Assembly: GCA_963667015.2 (NCBI GenBank)
Contig: CAXXJJ010000004.1
Span: 1,792,001-1,856,000 of the forward strand
Reading direction: 5' to 3'
Length of the DNA: 64,000 nt
Origin: Desulfatiglandales bacterium
GTDB lineage: Bacteria > Desulfobacterota > DSM-4660 > Desulfatiglandales > HGW-15
Each line of letters opens with the position of its first letter. The first letter of the stretch is position 1. The translations under genes were made by a program, and so were the position numbers. Below, piece by piece: positions 10,572 to 20,913 of the stretch. A model generated the notes under the pieces. The model saw only the letters and a program-made list of their open reading frames with translations, was not told the origin of the DNA and made no database searches.

Positions 10572-11591
10572 ATGTCTAAATTTCTAAAAAAATCAACCCC
10601 TCTTATTTTTGCAGGTATCGGAGAGGTACTATTTGATATTTTTGAAGATGGAACAGAAACTCTCGGAGGAGCCCCCCTTAATTTTGCTGTTCATGTACAC
10701 CAGCTTGCACGCCAGCTTGGAGTCGGTCAGGGAATTATTGTAAGCTCAATCAACTCTTCTGATACCAGGGGCCATAAAATCATAGAATCCCTCGAAAGGC
10801 GCAATATTTCGACACGCTACATAGGAGAGGATGCCCACCATCCCACAGGTCTTGTTTCAGTATACATGAAAAATGGAGAACCGGGTTACCAGATTGAGGC
10901 TGAAGCAGCATGGGATTATATTTCATATAAACCAGAGCTTATGGAACTGGCGGGTCAGTGTTCGGCTATATGTTTCGGCAGCCTGGCCCAGAGATCCAGT
11001 CTATCCAGGAGCACCATTCGAAGTTTCCTTGCTAATTCTCCGCCAGAGGCGATACGCCTCTACGACGTAAACCTGAGGCAAAATACATTAACCGGAGAAG
11101 CCGGGTATTCTCAGGAAATCATAGGCTACAGCTGTCAAACTGCCACCATCTTAAAAGCAAACCAGTCAGAACTGTTCCAGATATTTGATATACTGGAAAT
11201 AAAGTGCCCCTCAGACAATTCTATTGAAGGGATCAAAAGGAGAATGGAGATACTCCTTGACAGATTTCCGGTAAAAACGATTATCATCACACGTGGAGAC
11301 AGGGGAACACTTGCACTGGATAAGGACGGAGAATTTGATTTGACCCGGCTCGAACCTGCGGAAAGCACACCCAATCCCGTGGGTGCAGGAGATGCCTGCT
11401 CTGCCGGAATTTTATTCGGCCTCACCCTTGGCTGGGACATTCATAAAACCATGGAACTGGCCAACCGAATGGGAGCGGATGTCGCAGGCCACCCATCGGC
11501 CACTCCCCCGCTTTCAGAAGATACAATTAAATTTGCTAAAGAAAATTTAAATGGTCCTACTATGTCATTCCGAACGAAGAGAAAAATCTGA
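10572..11591 (+). CDS. PfkB family carbohydrate kinase (fructokinase-like)
   Basis: GEVLFD, GGAP.NFA, CFGSLAQR, DVNLR and VGAGDA motifs. Confidence 0.9.
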   Translation: MSKFLKKSTPLIFAGIGEVLFDIFEDGTETLGGAPLNFAVHVHQLARQLGVGQGIIVSSINSSDTRGHKIIESLERRNISTRYIGEDAHHPTGLVSVYMKNGEPGYQIEAEAAWDYISYKPELMELAGQCSAICFGSLAQRSSLSRSTIRSFLANSPPEAIRLYDVNLRQNTLTGEAGYSQEIIGYSCQTATILKANQSELFQIFDILEIKCPSDNSIEGIKRRMEILLDRFPVKTIIITRGDRGTLALDKDGEFDLTRLEPAESTPNPVGAGDACSAGILFGLTLGWDIHKTMELANRMGADVAGHPSATPPLSEDTIKFAKENLNGPTMSFRTKRKI

Positions 11592-11688
11592 TTGTGCCGG
11601 ATCTGGATAAGTACAAGATTTCTCCCTATTGTCGAAATAGAACGAAGGAACTATACCTTGCAACTTGCGTCCTGAACCCTGCCTATCT

Positions 11689-13038
11689 TTATTTTTTCAC
11701 CTCATAGATAAGATCCAGAATCCCATTAACAATAGCATTTTCTGCATATCCGGGTTTACATCTGGATGAAAGCACCTCAAAGGTCTGGTAACCGAATGCG
11801 GCATCATTTGGGATATACCCGGAATTTGCCATTCCATTTGTAATTGTTACCAGCATGGTCCCTGCTAAAGGCGATTCCTTTTTAAAGCGCTGGGCAATCA
11901 GGTTAAATACTTCGGCATTGACCGTTCCAAGGGCAATATCATCTATCATTAAAAGTCCCAGGCGAAGTTCAACCGGATCCCCGTCCTTATAGGTCCCTTC
12001 ATATCCGGCACGGCCTTTGTTTGTCTGATCACGCCCTGGAAAGCTGACTATTTTCTGCCTTCCTGATATCCTGCCGCTCTCTGACATGCGCTCCATACCG
12101 CGCATTACATGCATGACCTCTTCACCGAGAAACTGCCCCATGGAAAGAATCATCTGCTTTTGCTGGTTCATGAGCCTCATTACAGTGGGATCCTGTTTGT
12201 TTAAGCCCTGACCTCCCGGAGGCATGGCATTACTTATGTCGATTCCCCTTTTTGCATAATCCTTTATCCGTATCTCCCGAAGATCATAGGTCTGCTGAAA
12301 ATAGATCGGGTTTTGATCCCCGCATGCACCTGTTGACCACACAGCCACTATTTTATCGTCAAATGAATCTTCAATATATCTTGATGCAGCTCCGGGTGCG
12401 TCTCCGCTGATTTTATCCAGCTGCCCCACAGTAACGGCGTGCATGGCATAATTATAATATACAGCTATAGGTTCGCCATTTAACGACTCTAACTTTACAA
12501 CGGCGACTGTCTTGTCTGATGGTCCATCATAATTAGGTCCTTCCCACCAGGTCCTTGTTTTTGGATCAATGATATTTCGGTTGACGTTGATATAGGAAAC
12601 TCCTGTTCCATACCCTATGCGTGCGGGTTGAAGTCTTTCCTTTGCCATTTTTACGGATTTAAAAATTTTGTCTTCCAGATCAGGATCCGGCCCCATAACA
12701 CCGCTGTGTGTATGGGTTGCAGTCAGCAGTATATTTTCTGCAGGGATGCCCAGTTCTTTTTCTATTTTCTGTGTCAGATTTTTCCATAGCTGCTCAAAGA
12801 GCATACCTGTATCCACTGTAACGAGGGCTGCACTGGTTTCACCATTATCAATCACAATGGCCCTGGAGTAGAGCCTGTCATGAATTCCTTCAATATTTTT
12901 GGGTAGTTTATTTTCATCAGGTGTCGTATCAACTTTGGCAGCACCTGCCTTGAAAGACAGATCAGGAGTTTCAGCCGATGCCCCACAGGCTACCATCAGG
13001 ATAAAGAGTGTTAATAGGATGGTGAATGATTTTTTCAT
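11689..13038 (-). CDS. Exported neutral/alkaline ceramidase N-terminal-domain family hydrolase
   Basis: GAAKVD.TP, HD.L..RA.V, ATHTHSG and NYAMH motifs, with a signal peptide. Start refined to MKKSF. Confidence 0.8.
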   Translation of the reverse strand: MKKSFTILLTLFILMVACGASAETPDLSFKAGAAKVDTTPDENKLPKNIEGIHDRLYSRAIVIDNGETSAALVTVDTGMLFEQLWKNLTQKIEKELGIPAENILLTATHTHSGVMGPDPDLEDKIFKSVKMAKERLQPARIGYGTGVSYINVNRNIIDPKTRTWWEGPNYDGPSDKTVAVVKLESLNGEPIAVYYNYAMHAVTVGQLDKISGDAPGAASRYIEDSFDDKIVAVWSTGACGDQNPIYFQQTYDLREIRIKDYAKRGIDISNAMPPGGQGLNKQDPTVMRLMNQQKQMILSMGQFLGEEVMHVMRGMERMSESGRISGRQKIVSFPGRDQTNKGRAGYEGTYKDGDPVELRLGLLMIDDIALGTVNAEVFNLIAQRFKKESPLAGTMLVTITNGMANSGYIPNDAAFGYQTFEVLSSRCKPGYAENAIVNGILDLIYEVKK

Positions 13039-13136
13039 TTTTATACTCCATTTATTTATGGTCAAATATTCCCGGTATTGTTTTCAGTCAATACCTGTCA
13101 GAGCTTAAAAATAGTAATTCAAACTACAGAATCAAC

Positions 13137-13937
13137 TTATTTGAGCGCTTTTTCTATCTCTTTTTCAATCACCCCGGTCATTATCCTGTAACCTTCAGCA
13201 TTGGGATGAATACCGTCTTCCGATATATTCTCCTTCAGAAATCCCTTTTCATCCACCGTTGCACTGAAATAATCCACATAGACAGCGCCGGCTTTTGAAG
13301 CGTAATCCTTCAGCCATGCATTCAACTTGAGAATATCCTCAGTAGGATGGGTAGCTGTTACCGGATCTTTCATATATGAGGGTAACTTGCCGCTGGCTTT
13401 GGCCTTGTAAAATCCATAGTCACTTACAGGCAGGACAGAGCACAGAAGAACCTTTATGTTGTTTTGTTTCGCAATATCTGTCATGGCCATTATATTCTGC
13501 TCTACCATCTCTGCAGTTGAAGGCCCGGTGTTCTGGGAAACATCGTTGATCCCTGCCAGTATTACCAAGGCTGCCGGTTTATGCACTATTACATCAGGAT
13601 ACATACGTACCAGCATCTGAGGTGTTGTCTGTCCGCTTATGCCGCGGTTCACATATAATTTGTTCGGAAAATACTCTGCCAGTTTCCAGAAGTCGGTAAT
13701 TGAGTCGCCCATAAATACTACCCGCCCTGGATCATAGGGTTTCTTTTTAAGTTCCTGGTTATCCGCCTGGTATCTGCTGAGCTGGTTCCAGTCTTTAAGC
13801 TGGTCTACTACCCTCTGGGCAAAGATAGGAAGGCAGCAGCTGTTGTCCTCCTGAACAAACTCCTCAACCAGCTGGCCTTGCGCGGACACACTAAAAAGAA
13901 GACCAATCAATAACAGAAATGATATCTTGTATTTCAT
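13137..13937 (-). CDS. SGNH/GDSL hydrolase, exported
   Basis: VFMGDSIT, NRGISGQTT, GIND and DGIHP. True start is MKYKISF after AAGGAG; the ORF-track extension runs into a REP element. Confidence 0.9.
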   Translation of the reverse strand: MKYKISFLLLIGLLFSVSAQGQLVEEFVQEDNSCCLPIFAQRVVDQLKDWNQLSRYQADNQELKKKPYDPGRVVFMGDSITDFWKLAEYFPNKLYVNRGISGQTTPQMLVRMYPDVIVHKPAALVILAGINDVSQNTGPSTAEMVEQNIMAMTDIAKQNNIKVLLCSVLPVSDYGFYKAKASGKLPSYMKDPVTATHPTEDILKLNAWLKDYASKAGAVYVDYFSATVDEKGFLKENISEDGIHPNAEGYRIMTGVIEKEIEKALK

Positions 13938-13956
13938 TTTTAACTCCTTATTACTC

Positions 13957-14093
13957 GTAGGGGCACGGCGAGCCGTGCCCTGATGGTTGAACCCATGAAT
14001 GGCTTTATTAATATAATAGCTCATTTATAAGATTCCGCCTATAACACATTTTTACGTACATTGATCAACGGGCACAGTGCGCTGTGCCCCTAC
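13957..14093. repeat. Inverted pair of GTAG-type REP hairpins (REPIN-like)
   Basis: GTAGGGGCACGGCGAGCCGTGCCC (13957-13980) and the inverted copy GGGCACAGTGCGCTGTGCCCCTAC (14070-14093). Confidence 0.75.
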
Positions 14094-14135
14094 AATTCTA
14101 ATTATTCGCTGAAAGCTGAATGCTGAAAGCTTTCA

Positions 14136-15359
14136 TCAATACTCGCTCGAATCCAGTTCTGCCAGTCTCTTTTTCGCTGGGTTATAAATCCAGTTTAAAA
14201 ATGTCCCGGCAAAAAGTAGCCCTGCGAAACCGGTCGCAAGGATAAAACCGTATTTCGGATCACCGAACATATCACTTATAACACCCATGGCCCATGGTCC
14301 TGCAGCCGCTGAAACGCAGGTAAAAAACAGGATCACACCGGCAACAGCCCCATGCTCTGTCTTTGGAAAACAGCTTATACCTTTTGAATTAAGTGTCGGA
14401 TAGATCATGGACATAAAAAGACCTGAAAGGGGAAGCAGCCAGATCCCATAGGAAAGACCGCCTATCATCGATCCGATAAAACAGATAAAGATTGCAAAAC
14501 TGAATAGAGCCATTACAGATGTCCAGCTGAAACGGGCAAGCACCCAGGCTCCCATAAAACGCCCGATGACCCGCAGGATAAAAAATATGGATGTAGCATA
14601 TGCAACTATAAAGGCAAAAGAACCAGTATACCCCTCAAACAGTGTAGGCATCCAGACATATATTGCGCACTCCGCTGCTACATATAAAAATATTCCCAGA
14701 GAAAATCCCAGGGCATAGGGGTTCTTCATCATACCCATGGTCCTTTTCAGGTCTATGGGCTCATCCATGGACTTAACTGTCTTTGGATATCTTACAAGTG
14801 AAGCGGTTATAATTAATATAACACAGATTGTACCGGCGATTATATAGATCCATTTCCATGAAAAATCGCGAGAAAGGAGCCAGGTAACAATTGCAGGCCC
14901 TATGATTGCCCCAACACCGAAGAAACCTTCAACCATATTCATTGTTGCTGTATGCTCGGTTGTTGAACTGGAGATATCACCCACAAGTGCCAGGGCTCCT
15001 GTTTTAAATATACCGATTGCTGCTCCAGAGATAACAAGCAGCACAACAAAAAACAAAAAACTATTCCCTACGGAAAAAAGGTATGAATTCAGAGCAAAAA
15101 GAATCAAACCTAATATAATGGTTTTTTTACGCCCAAGTCTATCAGCAAGATACCCGAGAAAGATTCCCGCCAGAGCTATAGCTATCATGTTTGCATAGTG
15201 AAATGCACCTGCAGCCGTCATGCTTAGCTTAATTTCCTCGATTACCTCAGGGATAATAAGACCTACTGAATCTGTAGTCATGGCAAACATGAGGAACATC
15301 AGATAGGTGAGCCATTTGATTGCTGTAAGATTGTGTTTATGGGATACAGATGCGTCCAT
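14136..15359 (-). CDS. MFS sugar transporter (FucP/GluP-like)
   Basis: Many hydrophobic TM-like segments, G.LADRLGRK motif A, IFLYVAAE and S.IYPT. Confidence 0.9.
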   Translation of the reverse strand: MDASVSHKHNLTAIKWLTYLMFLMFAMTTDSVGLIIPEVIEEIKLSMTAAGAFHYANMIAIALAGIFLGYLADRLGRKKTIILGLILFALNSYLFSVGNSFLFFVVLLVISGAAIGIFKTGALALVGDISSSTTEHTATMNMVEGFFGVGAIIGPAIVTWLLSRDFSWKWIYIIAGTICVILIITASLVRYPKTVKSMDEPIDLKRTMGMMKNPYALGFSLGIFLYVAAECAIYVWMPTLFEGYTGSFAFIVAYATSIFFILRVIGRFMGAWVLARFSWTSVMALFSFAIFICFIGSMIGGLSYGIWLLPLSGLFMSMIYPTLNSKGISCFPKTEHGAVAGVILFFTCVSAAAGPWAMGVISDMFGDPKYGFILATGFAGLLFAGTFLNWIYNPAKKRLAELDSSEY

Positions 15360-15402
15360 AGTAATACCTCTTATAGTTTATGAAATGTACTAATTTATCC
15401 TG

Positions 15403-16866
15403 TTACCTGATATATCTGATTTCTTCCTTCAGGCCTGTGCCTGTGATAACTGCAACAAAAGCGGCCAGGTCTACGTGAAGCATTATCCAGCTTTCATTAT
15501 GCGTCCATCTCATTTCCAGAAGATTATCTTCTGGAGCTTCAACATGGAATTCACCGTTAAAGGCAGGATGACTGTTCCTGAGCCGAATCAATTCGATAAG
15601 TTTCTGTACAAGCGGCTGATCGAGTGCGTTTTCGATTTCATCATCCGTATAATAATGACGGTTGATATCACGCCCCACTTTTGAGGTTTCAAGGAGTTTC
15701 ATATCATTCCTGCCTCCCAGAAGCCCTGTATAATAGACCTGCGGGATCCCGGGGGCAAAAAACTGTATTGCCCTGGCAATCAGATATTCGATTTCGCCAC
15801 CTCCCAGGGCATCAAGATATGTGCAGTTTACCTGGTAAAGATCCAGATTGTTGGCAGCTGCACCTGTAGCCTTTTTGCTCTGGCCATTGCTTTTAATATG
15901 TATTGTTTCAACCAGATTATCTATTTCATCAGGAACGAGAAGACCCGGTGTTCCATCCACATCATCAGCACCCACATCAATAACCCCTATTCCATCATGG
16001 GTGTCCAGCACAGTTACGGCATTCCGAGGACTGATTGAAAGCCACTTTACCAGGGGCCCGGAATCCGCATTAAACAGCGCATGGAGAACCAGCGGCGGCA
16101 GCGCAAAGTCATAAACCCAATCAACCCTTTTCGCAATCTCAATCTGTTTAAGGTAATGGCTGTGAATTTCAACAAGGACCTCGATACCAAGGTTGCGGGC
16201 CTTATCTGTAAGTTCGGATATAAAATCAAATGTTTCCGGAATCATGAAGCAGCTGGTTCCAGGCTTTTTTATTGCATAGCCCACTGCATCGAGCCGTATC
16301 ATCTTTACGCCTGCGGTCTGAAACTTCTGAAGAATCGAATCAAGATATTTTTCAGCTTTTGGGTGACGCACATCAATATCTATCTGTTCCGGATTAAAGG
16401 TGGTCCAGAATAATCTTTTTTCACCCGTTAAGAGCATGAGAGGGCTGAAAGGGACGGTAGGTCGAGGGCGATATATGCTCAGGATATCAGATTCAGTTGC
16501 ACCGTCGGGAAATACCCGGTCAATGGTAAGAAACATCCCTGCGTACTCGGATGTCTCTCCATTTTTCGAATAATCAAGGAACTGGGGAGATGATGACGAT
16601 ACATGGTTCACAATAAGGTCTGCTACCAGCTCAACTGTGTTGCCCAGTTCCCGTACATCATCCCAGGTGCCCAGTTTTGCATCCACCATAGTATGATCGA
16701 TAGGATCAAAACCGGCATCTGCACCATCAATAGGAGTAAAAAAAGGAAGCAGGTGGGCGCCGCCGAAAATATCTGCGAGTGGTCCCTTTAACAGGTTGTT
16801 AAGTTGATTAAAACCTCCGCCGGAAAGGCGGTCGACATAGGTAATGAGCTGAACCTGGTTTTTCAT
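15403..16866 (-). CDS. gtfA: Sucrose phosphorylase (GH13_18)
   Basis: MKNQVQLITY start, RLDA nucleophile, EIH, THDG, and acceptor loops YRPRP and NLDLYQ typical of sucrose phosphorylases. Confidence 0.9.
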   Translation of the reverse strand: MKNQVQLITYVDRLSGGGFNQLNNLLKGPLADIFGGAHLLPFFTPIDGADAGFDPIDHTMVDAKLGTWDDVRELGNTVELVADLIVNHVSSSSPQFLDYSKNGETSEYAGMFLTIDRVFPDGATESDILSIYRPRPTVPFSPLMLLTGEKRLFWTTFNPEQIDIDVRHPKAEKYLDSILQKFQTAGVKMIRLDAVGYAIKKPGTSCFMIPETFDFISELTDKARNLGIEVLVEIHSHYLKQIEIAKRVDWVYDFALPPLVLHALFNADSGPLVKWLSISPRNAVTVLDTHDGIGVIDVGADDVDGTPGLLVPDEIDNLVETIHIKSNGQSKKATGAAANNLDLYQVNCTYLDALGGGEIEYLIARAIQFFAPGIPQVYYTGLLGGRNDMKLLETSKVGRDINRHYYTDDEIENALDQPLVQKLIELIRLRNSHPAFNGEFHVEAPEDNLLEMRWTHNESWIMLHVDLAAFVAVITGTGLKEEIRYIR

Positions 16867-17268
16867 GGTTATCCCTTTCCTCTCAAGTTGTATGTTCAGG
16901 ATAATACATGTCACATCACGGACATTCTTAATTTAAGCAGGAATATAACATTACATATTTATCTTACAACCTCTACCAGATTGTATTTACTAATGTCAAT
17001 GCATTTTCATATAACATAAAACCTGCAGGACAGATCCAGGAATAGTAACGGATACCATATTATGTTGCATCCTGGATCATCGGGAATTATATCTCGCCTA
17101 CTGCCTGTGGCCATTAAACAGACTTTATTTGTAATTACATTTAAGACTTATTTGTAATATTTATATCCTTGACAATTATACATCCCAAAAGTAATATTCC
17201 GTTTTGATATAGCCTGTTAAAAATCGTCTTTTTCTATAGAAAGCCCAACCAGTAAATGGAGGCCTGAA

Positions 17269-17544
17269 ATGTCACATGGCTATTCACGACAAAAGCTTTC
17301 TATATTAATACTGATATCCGTATCCATTTTATTATTTTTAATGCCGGACAGGATTCACGCCAAACCTGTTAAAACCGAAAATGGGCAGGTTCAGGGTACA
17401 GTCGAGGATAGCCTGAGATTATACAGGGGTGTCCCCTATGCCGCTCATACAACCGGCCCGTTAAACGGGATGATCCCGCCTCCGCCCGGCAAGGGAGGAA
17501 AGGGATACTTAAGTAATATTGATCTCCATCTGCAGGTTAAATGA
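17269..17544 (+). pseudogene. Truncated type-B carboxylesterase (N-terminal fragment only)
   Basis: Signal peptide then V.TENG.V.G...YRGVPYAA, then diverges and stops at 91 aa. No catalytic motifs. Confidence 0.7.
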
Positions 17545-17570
17545 TTTAAAAGAAAGGATCAAATTCAGTC

Positions 17571-18884
17571 ATGAACATATTTCAAAAATCTATAATTACC
17601 ATTTTCATATCCTCCATGGCTTTCCTGGCCTGTTCCCAATCAACCGACAAACAGGAAACAGGCAAAAAATGGGTAAGTACATGGGCAACAGCCCAGCAGC
17701 TTGACGAAGTTGTATTCCCTAAAATGACTCTGCCTCCCAATTTTAAAATGCCGGAACAGGGTCCCCCACCTAAACCCGGTGAACTTGGAGACAATCCTTC
17801 CATATTTTATGTACCTCCGGAACTTAAAGACAGGACCGTAAGAATGGTTGCTCACACCACTATAGGTGGCAGCAGGATCAGGATTAATCTTTCCAGCGCA
17901 CTTGGCCGCCCTCCTGTTAAGGTTGGATCAGCTCATATCGCGGTATATAATTCCAATGGATCAATTGTACCCGGAACAGACCATGAACTTACATTCAATG
18001 ATAAACCTTCGTGTACACTGCTGCCCGGTGTTCTTCTGTTGAGCGATCCTGTGGATATGGAAGTACCTCCTTTCACAGACCTGGCTGTCTCCCTTTATTT
18101 CCCCGAAGAAACAGGTACTCCTACTGAGCACAGACTCGGGCTTCATACTACCTGGATATCCAGAGGAAATTCAGCAGGAAACGAAGTTATGCCGGAACCG
18201 GAAAAAACCTATGCATATTTATGGCTGGCTGGCATTGATGTGCTGGCAGAATCAGATGACTTTTCAATTGTTGCCCTGGGTGATTCCATCACTGATGGTT
18301 TTGCAACAACGCTGGACGCAAACAAACCATGGCCGGTGTTGCTTGCAAAACGCTTGAATACATCGTCAGAGTCAAGACAGATATCTGTAATAAACCAGGG
18401 CATTTCAGGAAATCAGGTACTGCGTGATGGCGCGGGAATAAGCGCCCTTGCAAGATTCGATCGGGCTGTATTGAGTGTTGCAGGAGTAAAATGGGTAATT
18501 TTTCTTGAAGGCATTAATGATATCAATATTCGCGGATGGAACGACGGCCCTGAAGGTCTCACTTACGAAGAGCTCATTTCAGGTTACAAACAGATCATAG
18601 AGCGCTGTCATACACACGGGATAAGGGTGATAGGAGCAACACTGACACCGGAAGAAGGTGTACCTACAATGTCCGAGCGTGGTGAAGATATCAGGCTGAG
18701 AGCCAATGAATGGATACGCACTTCAGGATATTTTGATGCTGTTGTGGATTTTGATAAAGTTATTCGTGACCCCGATAAACCTGTCCGAATGCGTCCGGAG
18801 CTTGATCCGGGTGATCATATTCACCCGAATGATGAAGGAAACCAGGTCATGGCTGATGCCTTTGATTTAAATCTTTTTAAGTAG
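17571..18884 (+). CDS. SGNH/GDSL hydrolase lipoprotein
   Basis: FLAC lipobox, WVSTW, GDSITDG, GISGN, EGIND and DHIHP. Confidence 0.9.
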   Translation: MNIFQKSIITIFISSMAFLACSQSTDKQETGKKWVSTWATAQQLDEVVFPKMTLPPNFKMPEQGPPPKPGELGDNPSIFYVPPELKDRTVRMVAHTTIGGSRIRINLSSALGRPPVKVGSAHIAVYNSNGSIVPGTDHELTFNDKPSCTLLPGVLLLSDPVDMEVPPFTDLAVSLYFPEETGTPTEHRLGLHTTWISRGNSAGNEVMPEPEKTYAYLWLAGIDVLAESDDFSIVALGDSITDGFATTLDANKPWPVLLAKRLNTSSESRQISVINQGISGNQVLRDGAGISALARFDRAVLSVAGVKWVIFLEGINDINIRGWNDGPEGLTYEELISGYKQIIERCHTHGIRVIGATLTPEEGVPTMSERGEDIRLRANEWIRTSGYFDAVVDFDKVIRDPDKPVRMRPELDPGDHIHPNDEGNQVMADAFDLNLFK

Positions 18885-18902
18885 ATACTCAAGGAAAGAA
18901 AA

Positions 18903-19904
18903 ATGACAAAACAAATAAAAATTATCTTTACTACTGCGCTCATTACCGCACTCTTCGCTATAACGGTGCAGACCGAAGCAGTTAACCGTTACCCGGATAC
19001 AACCGGACCATACAATGTTGTTATGGAAAAGGATGAGTCCCTTCCCGGGTATACAATATTCAGGCCTGTTGATCTGTCAGCGGTAAAAGGTAAATTACCT
19101 GTTGTAGCGGTTGCCCATGGCGGATGTTATGATGTTGGCAATTTCTCTTCAAGATATGCCTATGAAATTGCATCATACGGGTTTCTGATTGTTGCAAACG
19201 GTAATATAAGTACAGAGCTTGAAGAGGCAACAGAAGAGGCAGTAAATGCTGTCCGTAAGGCTGAGGCAATGTCTCAAAAAGCCCCGTCCATTGATCTGGC
19301 GACTAAAGTTCCGCAGGAGCAGTTAACCAGGTGTAAAACAGATAAACTCTTTAATGCCATTGACTGGGCCGTTGAGCATGATAAAAAAACCGGGAGTATC
19401 TACTTCGACAGGCTTGATACCGATGCAATGGCCGTGATGGGAGCATCCTGCGGTGCTTTGCAGGCGCTTGACGCTTCCCTGGACAGCCGTATTAAAACAG
19501 TGGTGTTTATGAACAGCGGAATCATGAGAACGGGCATTCCTGAGGGAGAAGAAGTTAAAAAATTAATGGAATTTTTAAACCTGCCCGGCCCGGACATCCT
19601 TAAAAAGCTCCGTACACCGGTGATCTATCTGAACGGCGGACCGACCGACATTGCATATGACAATTCGGAAGAAGATTTCAAGGAAATAGAAAAGGTGTTT
19701 ATATTCAAAGGTGACCTTGATGTTGGTCATGGAGGCACGTTCCTTGAACCGAATGGCGGCAGGTTTGCCGAAGCTGCAACACAATGGCTTTTGTGGCAGC
19801 TCAAGGAGGACAAAAAGGCAGGCAGCATGTTTCTTGGTGACAAATGCGGACTATGCATTGATCCTGAATGGAATGTTAAGAGAAAAAATACGCCGTACAG
19901 ATAA
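18903..19904 (+). CDS. Exported alpha/beta hydrolase (Cys at the GxSCG elbow +1)
   Basis: TIFRP, GASCGA nucleophile elbow, NGG..DIA and GHGGT. Confidence 0.8.
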   Translation: MTKQIKIIFTTALITALFAITVQTEAVNRYPDTTGPYNVVMEKDESLPGYTIFRPVDLSAVKGKLPVVAVAHGGCYDVGNFSSRYAYEIASYGFLIVANGNISTELEEATEEAVNAVRKAEAMSQKAPSIDLATKVPQEQLTRCKTDKLFNAIDWAVEHDKKTGSIYFDRLDTDAMAVMGASCGALQALDASLDSRIKTVVFMNSGIMRTGIPEGEEVKKLMEFLNLPGPDILKKLRTPVIYLNGGPTDIAYDNSEEDFKEIEKVFIFKGDLDVGHGGTFLEPNGGRFAEAATQWLLWQLKEDKKAGSMFLGDKCGLCIDPEWNVKRKNTPYR

Positions 19905-19990
19905 TCAAGGAATGACAATAAAAAAACAATTGCGAGATTGCAGATTATCTTCTAAATGTTCAACACTATAATAATGCGCGTGCAATTTTC

Positions 19991-20019
19991 TTGACACACA
20001 ATACAACCCGACCTATACT
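19991..20019 (+). promoter_or_regulatory. Sigma70 promoter of tetR
   Basis: TTGACA-N17-TATACT, ~55 bp upstream of the ATG. Confidence 0.65.
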
Positions 20020-20072
20020 CATATCCTTAAAAGAGAATCCCTTTCAGCCAACATATTCAAAACAAAATTATT

Positions 20073-20753
20073 ATGAAATCCATAAAAAATTACAGCGAAA
20101 CAGATCTCCCGGGATTGAGTATCAAACAGAAAAGAAGTAAAAAAACCTATGATGCTTTAATCAAAACCGGTTTCAATTTATTAAAAACGCGGGAGTATGA
20201 CTCGATTACGGTTGCTGAGCTGTCTAAGGCGGCCGATTATTCAGTTGGTGCATTTTATACGCGGTTTCAAAGTAAAGACGAATTTTTTGATGCCCTGGTC
20301 ATTCATCACTTCAAAACTCGAGATGCACATCTTGATCGATTATTTTCTACTTCGCACAACGATGACTTTGCTGATGTATTAATAAAGGATATTGTCAATT
20401 ACTTCAGGATAAACCAGAAATTCTGGCGGGCTGCACTTAAACGCAGTATGCGCGACCCTGATTTCTGGTCGCCAATTAAAAGGTCCGGGCACAACATTGC
20501 AACAAGTTTTATTGTAAAATTAAACGAGCTGTCCAACCGTCCATTGACCGATCTAGAGGAAACAAACGTCCGCTTCGCATTCCAGATTGTATTTGGCATT
20601 ATTAACAATACTATAATAAATGAACCCGGACCAATATCCTTGAAACAAAAGCTATTCGTGGAAAAGCTGATTAGAGCATTTCGACTCATTACAGACTACG
20701 ACAGGATTCTAGAAAATAAACAACCGGGAAAAGGTAAGAAAAAAAAATCCTGA
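20073..20753 (+). CDS. TetR/AcrR family regulator
   Basis: Q.RS..T, ITV.EL...A.YSVGAFY.RF.SK HTH. Confidence 0.9.
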   Translation: MKSIKNYSETDLPGLSIKQKRSKKTYDALIKTGFNLLKTREYDSITVAELSKAADYSVGAFYTRFQSKDEFFDALVIHHFKTRDAHLDRLFSTSHNDDFADVLIKDIVNYFRINQKFWRAALKRSMRDPDFWSPIKRSGHNIATSFIVKLNELSNRPLTDLEETNVRFAFQIVFGIINNTIINEPGPISLKQKLFVEKLIRAFRLITDYDRILENKQPGKGKKKKS

Positions 20754-20913
20754 TATAAACATTTTTTTAATGCAGTTAAACTCTCCTTTTTTTATATAAA
20801 ATCAGAATATACCCCTAAAATAAAACAAACCCGCCTGATTTCTCAAACGGGTTCGCGGTTAATACTTCCAGCCTTTCATAGGGGAGGAAACACCAGAAGA
20901 TTAAACAACATTT

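Noticed and set aside
13938..14024. N-terminal extension of the SGNH ORF
   Set aside because: It runs through the REP element. The RBS and signal peptide begin at 13937.
14108..14131. GCTGAAA heptamer run (similar runs at 56855-56885 and a 9-mer at 51266)
   Set aside because: Short intergenic tandem repeats with no supportable function.
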